DNA of 64,000 bases from Vicinamibacteria bacterium (lineage in GTDB: Bacteria; Acidobacteriota; Vicinamibacteria; Marinacidobacterales; Marinacidobacteraceae), in the NCBI GenBank assembly GCA_964291235.2, contig OZ219816.1:1344001-1408000 (forward strand), given 5' to 3'. The position numbers were made by a program, and so were the translations under genes. The number at the start of each line of letters is the position of its first letter. The first letter of the stretch is position 1. A model generated the notes under the pieces. The model worked only from the letters and a program-made list of their open reading frames with translations. It was not told the origin of the DNA and searched no databases. This document shows, in pieces, positions 37,187 to 46,202 of this stretch.

Positions 37187-38002
37187 CTACGGACCGCGAT
37201 TCTCGCCGTTGCTCCGGCCCGGTGCGACGGGGGGGCCGGCCGATGCCGGATCCGGTTCCCGAGGGCCGGCCGGGGCCGAGCGAACGAACCGGGCCCCCAA
37301 TCCGCGAACGCCCCGAATCAGCGGGGAAGCGGCGTATCCGAATGCGAGAATCAGGAACATCGCCACCGGTTCCGCGATTGTCGCCACGATGAAGACCGCC
37401 AACACCACCAGCGTCCGGTGGGACTGGGGTTTCCGCCCCGTCTGACTCTTGAAGCTCGGGTAGCGCACCGGGCTGTTCATCAGGAGCGCGAGCCCGAGCG
37501 TTCCGAAGAGGCAGGCGGCCGCCGCCAGCGGGCTCTCGGGGGGAGCCGGATGCCAATACGTCACGGCGCCCACTACGGCGGCCGCCGAGGGCGAGGACAT
37601 CCCGGTGTAATAGCGGGGATCGACATCGAGCCGCCCCACGTTGAACCGGGCAAGGCGCACGGCGGCGCAGATGGTGAACAAAGCAGCAACCAGCCATCCG
37701 GTCTGCGGCCAGCGGTGAAGGACCCACGCGTAGGTGAGGACCGCGGGCGCCACCCCGAACGAGACGACATCCGCCAGCGAATCCAGCTCGCGGCCGAATT
37801 CGCTCGTGGCTCCGGCGAACCGCGCCACCCGGCCGTCCACCAGATCGGCGAGGATGGCGAATCCGATGATGAGCCCGGCGCTGCCGAACTCCCCGCGAAA
37901 GCTCTGGACGATCGAGAAAAACCCCAAGAAGATGTTGGCGACCGTAAAGACTGCCGGCAGCAGGAAGACCCCGCGTCGCGTCCGGAGGCGCTGGCGCTTC
38001 AT
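37187..38002 (-). CDS. pssA: CDP-diacylglycerol--serine O-phosphatidyltransferase
   Basis: DLVDGRVAR...FGRELDSLADVVSFGVAP, RLARFN; ATGA-coupled to psd. Confidence 0.92.
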   Translation of the reverse strand: MKRQRLRTRRGVFLLPAVFTVANIFLGFFSIVQSFRGEFGSAGLIIGFAILADLVDGRVARFAGATSEFGRELDSLADVVSFGVAPAVLTYAWVLHRWPQTGWLVAALFTICAAVRLARFNVGRLDVDPRYYTGMSSPSAAAVVGAVTYWHPAPPESPLAAAACLFGTLGLALLMNSPVRYPSFKSQTGRKPQSHRTLVVLAVFIVATIAEPVAMFLILAFGYAASPLIRGVRGLGARFVRSAPAGPREPDPASAGPPVAPGRSNGENRGP

Positions 38003-38643
38003 TCCCACTTCCCGATAACCGTCAGGCCACCCCGAACACGATCCCCCGGCCGGACGGTGAGCGCGACGCCGGGCGGTAGCAACAGATCGGTCCTCGACCC
38101 GAATCGAATCAACCCGAAGCGGTCGCCTCGCGCGAGGCGGTCGCCGGCCTGAACGCGGCAAACGATCCGGCGCGCCACGACTCCCGCGATCTGACGCACC
38201 CGCACGGCGCCCCAGTCCGTCGCCATTTCCAATTCGCTTCGCTCATTCCGTTCGGCCGCGTCTTTGCGGAAAGCCGCCCGGAACGCTCCCTGACGATAAC
38301 GCACGGCCGTCACCCCGCCAGAGACCGGGGCCCGATTGATGTGCACATCGAAAATCGACAGAAAAATGCTGACCCGCTGGGTTCCCGGCTCCCCCTCCTC
38401 CGCCGGACCCACCGCGGTCACCCGGCCGTCCGCCGGTGCGAGGAGGGCATTGCGGTCGCCCGGAGGGCGCCGATCCGGATCCCGAAAGAAGAAGGCGCAA
38501 AAACCCGCCGCCAACAACAGTGCCCAGCCGATCCAGCCGGTCGCTTCGCTGGCGCTCGCTTGCGCGGCGGCCAGCGCGCCGATCCCGGCCATCAGGGGAA
38601 CCGCCACGAAGCCCCGGCCCTCCGGGGCGATCGGAAGCCTCAT
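37999..38643 (-). CDS. psd: Phosphatidylserine decarboxylase proenzyme
   Basis: FFRDPDR, SIFLSIFDVHINRAP, self-cleavage motif FGSR. Confidence 0.93.
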   Translation of the reverse strand: MRLPIAPEGRGFVAVPLMAGIGALAAAQASASEATGWIGWALLLAAGFCAFFFRDPDRRPPGDRNALLAPADGRVTAVGPAEEGEPGTQRVSIFLSIFDVHINRAPVSGGVTAVRYRQGAFRAAFRKDAAERNERSELEMATDWGAVRVRQIAGVVARRIVCRVQAGDRLARGDRFGLIRFGSRTDLLLPPGVALTVRPGDRVRGGLTVIGKWE

Positions 38644-38696
38644 CCGGCTATCGGCAGGCTGGCACTCGGAAGGGTGGGCTCAAGTGCGCCGGACCC

Positions 38697-38942
38697 TCAC
38701 ACAGAAGCCGCGAGCTCGGCGATACGGTCCTTGAGAGCCAGCTTGCGCTTCTTCATCACCGCCGCTTCGTGCTGCTGGACAGGTGAGAGATGCCCGAATC
38801 TGGCGAGTTCTTGTAGTTGCTCGTCGAGAGCGCGATGTCGCCGGATCAGTTCATCGAGATCGGGGGACTCGGTGGATGTGGCTGCCGGGTCGGCGCCGGC
38901 CACCACTACGGTGTCGATTTCGGTCTGGTCTTCTTGTTTCAT
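38697..38942 (-). CDS. Small coiled-coil protein, DUF465/YdcH-like
   Basis: HRALDEQL...MKKRKLALKDRI motif; SD GGAGG upstream. Confidence 0.8.
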   Translation of the reverse strand: MKQEDQTEIDTVVVAGADPAATSTESPDLDELIRRHRALDEQLQELARFGHLSPVQQHEAAVMKKRKLALKDRIAELAASV

Positions 38943-39011
38943 GAATGCCTCCAGGATTCCAAGGAACGTCGGCGTCTGGAACCGCTTCGGAACAACACAG
39001 CTAATGGGTGG

Positions 39012-39764
39012 CTATAGCGTAACGGAACGGCTCGCCTTCCCTCCGTGAATGTCGGGATCACGAAGGTATAGCGGTTCGAGCGTGGACTCCCCCGCGTTTG
39101 CGGCTTCGAGTCCCAGCCGGAGCGCGGACGGCGCCAGCGGCCACCGGCTTTCGGCGATCTCCAGACCCGGAGCGCCGCCGGCGATGCGGTCGCGGTAGCG
39201 CCCGACCCCCGGTCCACAGATACGGCGGACGCCCCATTCCTCCGCCCACCGACCGGCGTCTTCGGGCAGGAGCAGACGAGGCCCCGAGACCCCGCACCCG
39301 ACGCCCTCGCCTTCATAGACCGCGGCGAAGAGCTCACCCCGCAGCGCGTCCACGAGCACCAGGCGACGATGAGACCCGCGCCCTTCGAAGTTGGCGTCGG
39401 CGAGAGCTGCGGCATCCAGGCTGGAGACCCCAACCGCGGGAACGCCCGCCGCCAGGGCAAACCCCTGCGCGGTGGCCAGACCGATCCGAAGCCCGGTGAA
39501 CGAGCCCGGCCCCCGCGTGGCAACCAGCAGGACAACCTGGACACTCGCGAGGTTCGCCTCTCCCAGAACCCCGCGGATGGCCGGGAGCAACCTGCGGGCG
39601 TGCCGGTTCGACGGCTCAAACGTTCGCACCACCTCCCCGGTCACGCCGGAATCGGCGTCCGTCCAACCGAGGGCAACGCTGCCGAGCGCCCCGGTGGTGT
39701 CGAGCGCCAGGATCGGGCCGGAGATTCGTTCGCGGCGCGCGCCCTCCGCCTTCGACTCTCGCAA
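39012..39764 (-). CDS. tsaB: tRNA t6A biosynthesis protein TsaB
   Basis: ILALDTT, GPGSFTGLRIG, DALRGE, LEPLYLR. Confidence 0.92.
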   Translation of the reverse strand: MRESKAEGARRERISGPILALDTTGALGSVALGWTDADSGVTGEVVRTFEPSNRHARRLLPAIRGVLGEANLASVQVVLLVATRGPGSFTGLRIGLATAQGFALAAGVPAVGVSSLDAAALADANFEGRGSHRRLVLVDALRGELFAAVYEGEGVGCGVSGPRLLLPEDAGRWAEEWGVRRICGPGVGRYRDRIAGGAPGLEIAESRWPLAPSALRLGLEAANAGESTLEPLYLRDPDIHGGKASRSVTL

Positions 39765-39926
39765 GACGCCTCGAATCCTACTTGCGGTTGGGTCGAGAGC
39801 CGCGCCCTTTGTTGCGGTCCGGCGGCGAGCATCTCCCCGTCCACTTCACGCGGCGCGGTGACAAACGCCTGCGGCCGCCAGGGGCTCCCCCTTCCCGAAC
39901 GCTCTCCTCCGAGAGACAATCGGGGC

Positions 39927-42680
39927 GTGACCACCGCTCCGCGGCTCTTTCCGGAGATTCAGCCGGCGACCGCCGAGCCCGCCAACCGCCCGCTCCGTCC
40001 CCGAGCCAAGGGGCGCGCCCTCTCGCCGGCGATGCAGCAATACCTGGAGCTGAAGCGGGAGGCCGGGGACGCCATGCTGTTCTTTCGGATGGGGGACTTC
40101 TACGAGGTCTTCTTCGAAGACGCCAAGCGGGCCGGCGAACTCCTGGATATTGCGGTCACCTCACGGCAAAACGACGCCGACGGGAAGGCGATTCCGATGG
40201 CGGGGGTTCCCTACCATGCTGCCGAGGGTTACATCGCACGCCTCGTCCGCGCCGGCCTTCGGGTCGCGGTATGCGAACAGGTGGAACCTCCCGGTCTCTC
40301 GCGCGGGCCCGTTCGGCGCGAAATCGTCCGGGTCGCGACCCCCTCGACCTATCTGGACCCCGCGTATCTGGCCGGCGCCGAGGCCGCGTACCTCATGGTC
40401 GTCGCCGAAGCGGGAACCCGCAGCCAACCACTCCTCGGCGCGGCGTGGGTGGATCTCTCCACCGGAGACTTCGCGGCCGCCGAATTTGCCTCCGAAAACC
40501 GCCTGCGAGCCTGCGCCGAGGCGATGGCCGGGTTCCGCCCGCGGGAACTGCTCGTCGCCGAGGGGGCGCCGCCGAAGGACCTGCTGCCGGCTCTCGGGGA
40601 GCTGCCGCTGCTTACCCAGCGCCCCGAACTCTGGTTCCAGCCTGAACACGCCCACGACACTCTGCGCCGCCACTTCGGGACGCACTCGCTCGAATCCTAC
40701 GGAGTCGAAGGGATGCCGGCGGCCATCTGCGCCGCCGGGGCCGCGATCAGCTATCTGACCGAAACCCAGCGGGGCCAGCTTCATCACATCGGCAGCCTCA
40801 GGCGCCTCGACACCTCGGGACGCATGCAGATCGACCACCTCACCCAGCGAAACCTGGAACTGTTCCGTTCCCTGGCGGTGGACCTCGGAGCTCCGCCGGG
40901 CGCCACGCTCGTCGAGACCCTTGACCGAACCGCGACCGCGATGGGAGCGCGCCGGTTACGGCGGCGCCTCGCGCACCCGCTGCTCGATACGGATCAGATC
41001 CGGGAGCGCCACCTCGAGGTCGAGGAGCTCGTTCGGAACCGGAACCTCCGCCAGGATGTCCGCGGGGGGCTGGCGGGCTGTCCCGACCTGGAGCGCCTGG
41101 CTTCCCGGGTGGCCCTCCGCATCGCCGGCCCCCGGGAATACCTGAAGCTGGCGGATGGACTGCGCGCCGCTGCCGCGCTCCGCCTTGTACTTCAGGCCGC
41201 CGACACCGAGCAGGTGCGAGAGATCGGGGGCCGCATCCGCGAACTGCCCTCCGTACTCGCGCGCATCGAAGAGACCGTATCTCCGGAAGCGCCGCTCCTG
41301 GCGCGCGAGGGAGGTGTCATCCGGGAGGGATTCTCACCGCAACTCGACGAGCTCCGACAGCTTCGCTTCCACGGCCGCGAGCGCATCCGCAACATGGAGA
41401 CCAGCGAAAAGCACCGCACCGGAATCACGTCGCTCCGCATCCGTCACAACCAGGTCTTCGGGTACATGATCGAGGTGCCGAAGGCCCAGGCGGGCCGCGT
41501 TCCCGAGGACTACGTCCGCCGCCAGACCCTTGTGGGCGCCGAGCGCTACGTCACGGAGGAACTGAAGGAGTTCGAGGAGCGGGTAGCGCGTGCGGACGAC
41601 GAGATCCGGGCGCTCGAGACCGACCTGTTCGCGACCCTCGAGTCAGATGTCGGGGCAGCGGCCCGCGAGGTTCTGGAGACCGCCGGAGCGCTCGCCGAAG
41701 CGGACATCGCCGCGGGTCTCGCGCAAACGGCGATTGCGCATCGCTACGTCAAGCCCGAGATGCACGACGGATTCGAACTGGAGGTGCGCGGCGGAAGGCA
41801 TCCGGTCGTCGAGGCCCTCTCCGGCGACGAGTTCGTACCCAACGACCTGACTCTGGCCGACGACCGTTTCCTGATGATCCTCACCGGTCCCAACATGGGG
41901 GGGAAATCCACCTTCCTGCGACAGACCGCCCTGCATGCGGTGATGGCCCAGATGGGCTCGTTCGTCCCGGCGGAGTTCGCCCGCCTGCCCGTCGTGGACC
42001 GCGTCTTCGCGCGGGTCGGGGCATCCGACGATCTCTCGCGCGGGCGGTCCACCTTCCTCACCGAAATGGAAGAGACCGCCCACATCCTCCACCACGCAAC
42101 CGCCCGGAGCCTGGTACTGCTCGACGAAGTGGGTCGTGGCACCGCGACCTACGACGGCCTCTCGCTGGCCTGGGCCATTGTCGAGTACATCGCCCGCGCC
42201 CCGGGTCTCCGGATGAAAACGCTCTTCGCGACGCACTACCACGAGTTGACCGCGCTGGCGAGCGCCGAGGAAGGGGTGGTCAACTTTCACGTCGAGGCGC
42301 GGGAACATCAGAGCGAGATCGTGTTCTTGCACCGCGTGGCGCCCGGCGGGACGAACCGGAGCTATGGCATTCAGGTGGCCCGCCTCGCCGGGATCCCGCG
42401 CCCCGTGGTCCATCGGGCTCACGAGGTGCTCGCGGGGCTCGCCGGAGGGCTCGACGGCCGGGGCGCCCGCCTCCCGGCTCCGGAACCGGGAGGACCGTAC
42501 TCCCTGCTCGAACCGGCGGAGAGCCAGGTGGCCGAGGTGCTCAGAAGCTGCGACCCGGACAGTCTCAGTCCCCGGGAGGCGCACGATCTCCTCTATCGCC
42601 TGCGGCGCCAACTCGATCCCGCCCAGCCGGGCGCCGGCGGGCGGTCCGGCGCCGATCCGACCGAGGAAGGGTCATCCTGA
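39927..42680 (+). CDS. mutS: DNA mismatch repair protein MutS
   Basis: SPAMQQY...FRMGDFYE, TGPNMGGKSTFLRQ, DEVGRGT, FATHYHEL; start set at GTG 39927. Confidence 0.95.
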   Translation: MTTAPRLFPEIQPATAEPANRPLRPRAKGRALSPAMQQYLELKREAGDAMLFFRMGDFYEVFFEDAKRAGELLDIAVTSRQNDADGKAIPMAGVPYHAAEGYIARLVRAGLRVAVCEQVEPPGLSRGPVRREIVRVATPSTYLDPAYLAGAEAAYLMVVAEAGTRSQPLLGAAWVDLSTGDFAAAEFASENRLRACAEAMAGFRPRELLVAEGAPPKDLLPALGELPLLTQRPELWFQPEHAHDTLRRHFGTHSLESYGVEGMPAAICAAGAAISYLTETQRGQLHHIGSLRRLDTSGRMQIDHLTQRNLELFRSLAVDLGAPPGATLVETLDRTATAMGARRLRRRLAHPLLDTDQIRERHLEVEELVRNRNLRQDVRGGLAGCPDLERLASRVALRIAGPREYLKLADGLRAAAALRLVLQAADTEQVREIGGRIRELPSVLARIEETVSPEAPLLAREGGVIREGFSPQLDELRQLRFHGRERIRNMETSEKHRTGITSLRIRHNQVFGYMIEVPKAQAGRVPEDYVRRQTLVGAERYVTEELKEFEERVARADDEIRALETDLFATLESDVGAAAREVLETAGALAEADIAAGLAQTAIAHRYVKPEMHDGFELEVRGGRHPVVEALSGDEFVPNDLTLADDRFLMILTGPNMGGKSTFLRQTALHAVMAQMGSFVPAEFARLPVVDRVFARVGASDDLSRGRSTFLTEMEETAHILHHATARSLVLLDEVGRGTATYDGLSLAWAIVEYIARAPGLRMKTLFATHYHELTALASAEEGVVNFHVEAREHQSEIVFLHRVAPGGTNRSYGIQVARLAGIPRPVVHRAHEVLAGLAGGLDGRGARLPAPEPGGPYSLLEPAESQVAEVLRSCDPDSLSPREAHDLLYRLRRQLDPAQPGAGGRSGADPTEEGSS

Positions 42681-42757
42681 TTCCCGCCATGCCACCGGCC
42701 TCATCGCGGGTGCCCCGGACCCGGAGCCGCAGCCGTACACTCCCGGATCCCCTGCAG

Positions 42758-43729
42758 ATGAGCTGGCGCTGTCGGATGACTCCCATCGTCCTGGCGGCGG
42801 GAGCGGTCCTCGGGTCCGGGTGCGGGGACACGCGTCCGCGGCCCATGGCGCTCGCCACCGGGACCACGGCGGGCGTTTATTACCCGCTTGGCGGTGCGCT
42901 GGCGAGCCGTTGGACGCGCGATCTGCCGGGGGTGGTGGTAAAAGCGGAGGTCAGCGCCGGCTCGGTGACCAATCTCATCCAGGTGGCCAAGGGCGAGAGC
43001 GACATCGGCTTCGGGCAGGCCGACGCGGTCGCCGACGCCTTCCGGGGGACCGGCCGCTTCCCAACCCCCTTGCCCCTCGCCGTCCTGGGCCGCGTCTATC
43101 CCAACATCGTGCACCTGTTGAGCGTCGAGGGCCGCGGCGTGCGCTCGGTGAGCGACCTGCGCGGCAAGCGCGTGTCCCTCGGCCCCCCCGGGTCCGGAAA
43201 CGAAGTGACCGCCCGAAACGTGCTGCGCGCGGTCGGGATCGCCGAAGAGGAGTTCCGCGTCCGCCAGATGAACTACAACCAGAGCATCAACGGACTCAAG
43301 GACGGCACCGTAGATGCGGTGTTCCTGGCGGCCGGACTGGGTGTGTCGTCGGTGATCGAGTTGGGCCTGACGCGCGAGTTGATCCTCGTGCCGTTCACAG
43401 CGGACGAAATTGCGGCGGTGGAGGCGGCGAACGCCGCGTATCAGGGGATCGAGGTCCCGCCCGGGGTCTATCGCGGGGTGGACGCCCCCGTTATCACTCC
43501 GTCGCTGTGGAACATGCTCTTCGTCCATCGCGACCTGCCCGCGGATATCGCGAGGCGCCTCGCCGCCTCACTCCTCGCCGGGCGCGAGGAATTCCGTTCG
43601 GTCACCCGAAACGCCGATTTCATCCAGGTTGACAGCCTCGGGGAGGTCGGAGATCTGCCGCTCCATCCCGGGGCGCGAGCGTTCTACGAGGAAGAGCGGT
43701 CGGTTCAGACCCCCGGGGGGCTCCCCTGA
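42758..43729 (+). CDS. TAXI-family TRAP transporter solute-binding lipoprotein
   Basis: ATGTTAGVYYPLG, SAGSVTN, DLRGKRVSLGPPGSG, PLHPGA; lipobox-like GSGC; start uncertain. Confidence 0.9.
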   Translation: MSWRCRMTPIVLAAGAVLGSGCGDTRPRPMALATGTTAGVYYPLGGALASRWTRDLPGVVVKAEVSAGSVTNLIQVAKGESDIGFGQADAVADAFRGTGRFPTPLPLAVLGRVYPNIVHLLSVEGRGVRSVSDLRGKRVSLGPPGSGNEVTARNVLRAVGIAEEEFRVRQMNYNQSINGLKDGTVDAVFLAAGLGVSSVIELGLTRELILVPFTADEIAAVEAANAAYQGIEVPPGVYRGVDAPVITPSLWNMLFVHRDLPADIARRLAASLLAGREEFRSVTRNADFIQVDSLGEVGDLPLHPGARAFYEEERSVQTPGGLP

Positions 43730-43755
43730 ACGCCCCTGCCGATCCCGCCGGGTCC

Positions 43756-45603
43756 GTGTCGATCCCGGAGGAGCCACGGACGGCGCTGTCGCTGCCGGTG
43801 CTGCTGGCCGGCGCTTCACTTTCGCTCTTCCAGCTCTGGCAGGCCGTCTTCGGCACCCTCGGAGCGACCTGGTTACGCCCGATCCATCTCACCTGGATTC
43901 TGGCTCTCGGATTCCTCGCCGTCACCGGCCGTTCGCGCCGGACGCGTACCGCCGACCTCGTCCTGGTGGTGCTTTCCATCGCCGCCGGCTTCTGGGTAAT
44001 CCGCTTCGACCGTCAGGGCATCGACCACATTCTCAATGGCCTCGATCCGGTCGATCTGGCGGCGGGAGTGACTCTGATCGCGCTGCTTCTCGAGGCCACG
44101 CGCCGGCGGGTCGGCGCCGTGATGACTTCGGTGGTTGTCGTTTTCCTGGCCTACAACGCATTCGGAGCATCTCTCCCCGGCATCCTGGCGCACCGCGGTT
44201 TCGAACTGGAGCGGATCGTTCGCTTCGAGGTCTTTACCGGGGCCGGACTCTTCGGGCTGCCCATCGGCGTGGCCAGCAGCACGGTCTTCGTCTTTGTGCT
44301 CTTCGGAGCGCTGCTGGAGTGCACCGGCGGAGGCCGTTTCTTCATCAATCTCGCCTTCGCCGCCGCCGGCCGCTCCCGCGGCGGGCCCGCCAAGGCCGCG
44401 GTCGTTGCCTCCGCGGCGCTTGGCTCGGTCTCCGGCTCGGCGATCGCCAACACCGTGACGACCGGGGCGCTGACGATCCCGATGATGAAGCGTCTTGGCT
44501 TTTCGCGTGAGGAAGCAGGCGGCATCGAGGCGGCGGCGTCCACCGGGGGGCAATTGATGCCGCCGATCATGGGGGCGGGCGCCTTCCTGATGGCGGAGCT
44601 CACGAACACCCCCTATCCGCGAATCGTGCTCGTATCCCTGCTCCCGGCGGTTCTGTTCTTCGCCGGAACGCTCTTTTTCGTCCACGGCCTCGCCGTCCGG
44701 CGCGGCATCGAGGCGATGCCCTCGCGCCCCCGAATCCTCGCGACCCTCGCCGAGGGAGCCCACTTCCTCGCCGCTGTCGCCGTGGTGGTGGCGCTGCTCC
44801 TCATGAACTATTCGCCGCCGCTGGTGGGAGCCGCCGGCTGTTTGGCGGTCGTCCTCGCCGGCGCCCTGCGGCGGCGCACGCGGGTAGGACCGAAGCAATT
44901 GTTCGAGGGACTCGCGCGGGGCGCCGTGACCGCGGTGCCGGTGTCGCTCGCCTGCGCCGCGGCCGGCATCGTCGTGGGAGTCATCGGCCAGACCGGTGTC
45001 GGGCTGCAGTTCGCGGAGTTGCTGCTCGGCGCCTCCCAGGGAGCGCTTCTCCCGGCTCTCGGCCTGTCCGCGCTGGTCGCGCTGGTCCTCGGCATGGGTC
45101 TCCCGGTGACCGCCGCCTACATCGTCGTCGCGGTGGTGGCGGCGCCCGCCCTCACCGGATTGGGAGTACCCCTGCTCACGGCGCATCTCATTCTCTTCTG
45201 GCTGTCTCAGACCTCCAATGTCACGCCGCCGATCGCGCTCGCCGCCTTTGCCGGCGCCGGAGTCGCTGGCGGCCGCCCGATGTCCACGGCCTTTCAGGCG
45301 GTGCGGCTCGCAGCCGGTCTCTTCCTGGTGCCGCTGCTCATGGCGTACACCCCACTCCTCCCGGCCGCCGGGGATCCGCTTGGGGCGGCACAGGGGCTCG
45401 CCTTCCTCGGCGGCCTCGCCGCCATGGCCGCCGCCGCGCTGGCGCTCTACGGATACGGCCTTCGCGCCGTGTCGCGGCCGGAGCGTCTGATTCTCGGCGC
45501 CGGCGCCTTACTCCTTCTGTTCCCGGATCCCCTGCTGCGCGTGATCGGAGCGGCGCTCGCCGGACTCGGTTTCATTCCACAGGTGCGCGGCCGGAACCGC
45601 TAA
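43756..45603 (+). CDS. TRAP transporter fused 4TM/12TM permease (TAXI-type)
   Basis: GGPAKAAV, GSAIANTVTTG, ASTGGQLMPPIMGAGAF, LGMGLPVTAAY, TPPIAL. Confidence 0.92.
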   Translation: MSIPEEPRTALSLPVLLAGASLSLFQLWQAVFGTLGATWLRPIHLTWILALGFLAVTGRSRRTRTADLVLVVLSIAAGFWVIRFDRQGIDHILNGLDPVDLAAGVTLIALLLEATRRRVGAVMTSVVVVFLAYNAFGASLPGILAHRGFELERIVRFEVFTGAGLFGLPIGVASSTVFVFVLFGALLECTGGGRFFINLAFAAAGRSRGGPAKAAVVASAALGSVSGSAIANTVTTGALTIPMMKRLGFSREEAGGIEAAASTGGQLMPPIMGAGAFLMAELTNTPYPRIVLVSLLPAVLFFAGTLFFVHGLAVRRGIEAMPSRPRILATLAEGAHFLAAVAVVVALLLMNYSPPLVGAAGCLAVVLAGALRRRTRVGPKQLFEGLARGAVTAVPVSLACAAAGIVVGVIGQTGVGLQFAELLLGASQGALLPALGLSALVALVLGMGLPVTAAYIVVAVVAAPALTGLGVPLLTAHLILFWLSQTSNVTPPIALAAFAGAGVAGGRPMSTAFQAVRLAAGLFLVPLLMAYTPLLPAAGDPLGAAQGLAFLGGLAAMAAAALALYGYGLRAVSRPERLILGAGALLLLFPDPLLRVIGAALAGLGFIPQVRGRNR

Positions 45604-45640
45604 CCCGGCTGTTGCCCCCGGAGGAGCCGGCGCACGCCAG

Positions 45641-46174
45641 CTAGAGCCGCCGCACCCGCCAGAGGTACTGAAGCGACGTGACGACGGTGAGGGTCACCAT
45701 CGTCGCGAGCAACAGGGGCGTGACCACGCTATCCATCTCGAGCAGGTTCGCGACCAGAAACCACAGGATCCCTACGACATTCACCACGGTTGCGGCCTTC
45801 CCCAGCCGGCTGGGGGCGAAGTTCCGCCGTTCCACCGCCAGGTTGTAGGCCCCCGCGACGAACACAATCGTGGCGTCCCGAGACAGGACCAGGATGGCCA
45901 CCCAAGCCGGGATGCGCACCGAAACCGCCTCGATGGGAGCGGCGAGCGTGACCACCGCCGAAACAATCAGAACCTTGTCGGCGAGCGGGTCCAGAAGCGC
46001 CCCGAGGTCGCTGTTCTCCCCGAGCCGTCGAGCAAGCGCCCCGTCCATCATGTCGGTGAGTCCGGCCAGGACTAGAGCACCGAGAGCCCACCCGAAGCGT
46101 CCGTAGAGGATGCAGACGACCACCACCGGCGCCAGCAGCAGCCGAAGTACGGTGAGTTGATTGGCGAGCGTCAT
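45641..46174 (-). CDS. CDP-alcohol phosphatidyltransferase family protein
   Basis: ANQLTVLR, DMMDGALARRLGENSDLGALLDPLADK motif. Confidence 0.88.
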   Translation of the reverse strand: MTLANQLTVLRLLLAPVVVVCILYGRFGWALGALVLAGLTDMMDGALARRLGENSDLGALLDPLADKVLIVSAVVTLAAPIEAVSVRIPAWVAILVLSRDATIVFVAGAYNLAVERRNFAPSRLGKAATVVNVVGILWFLVANLLEMDSVVTPLLLATMVTLTVVTSLQYLWRVRRL

Positions 46175-46202
46175 CTGCTGGGCGCCGGGAGGGCCATCCG
46201 GG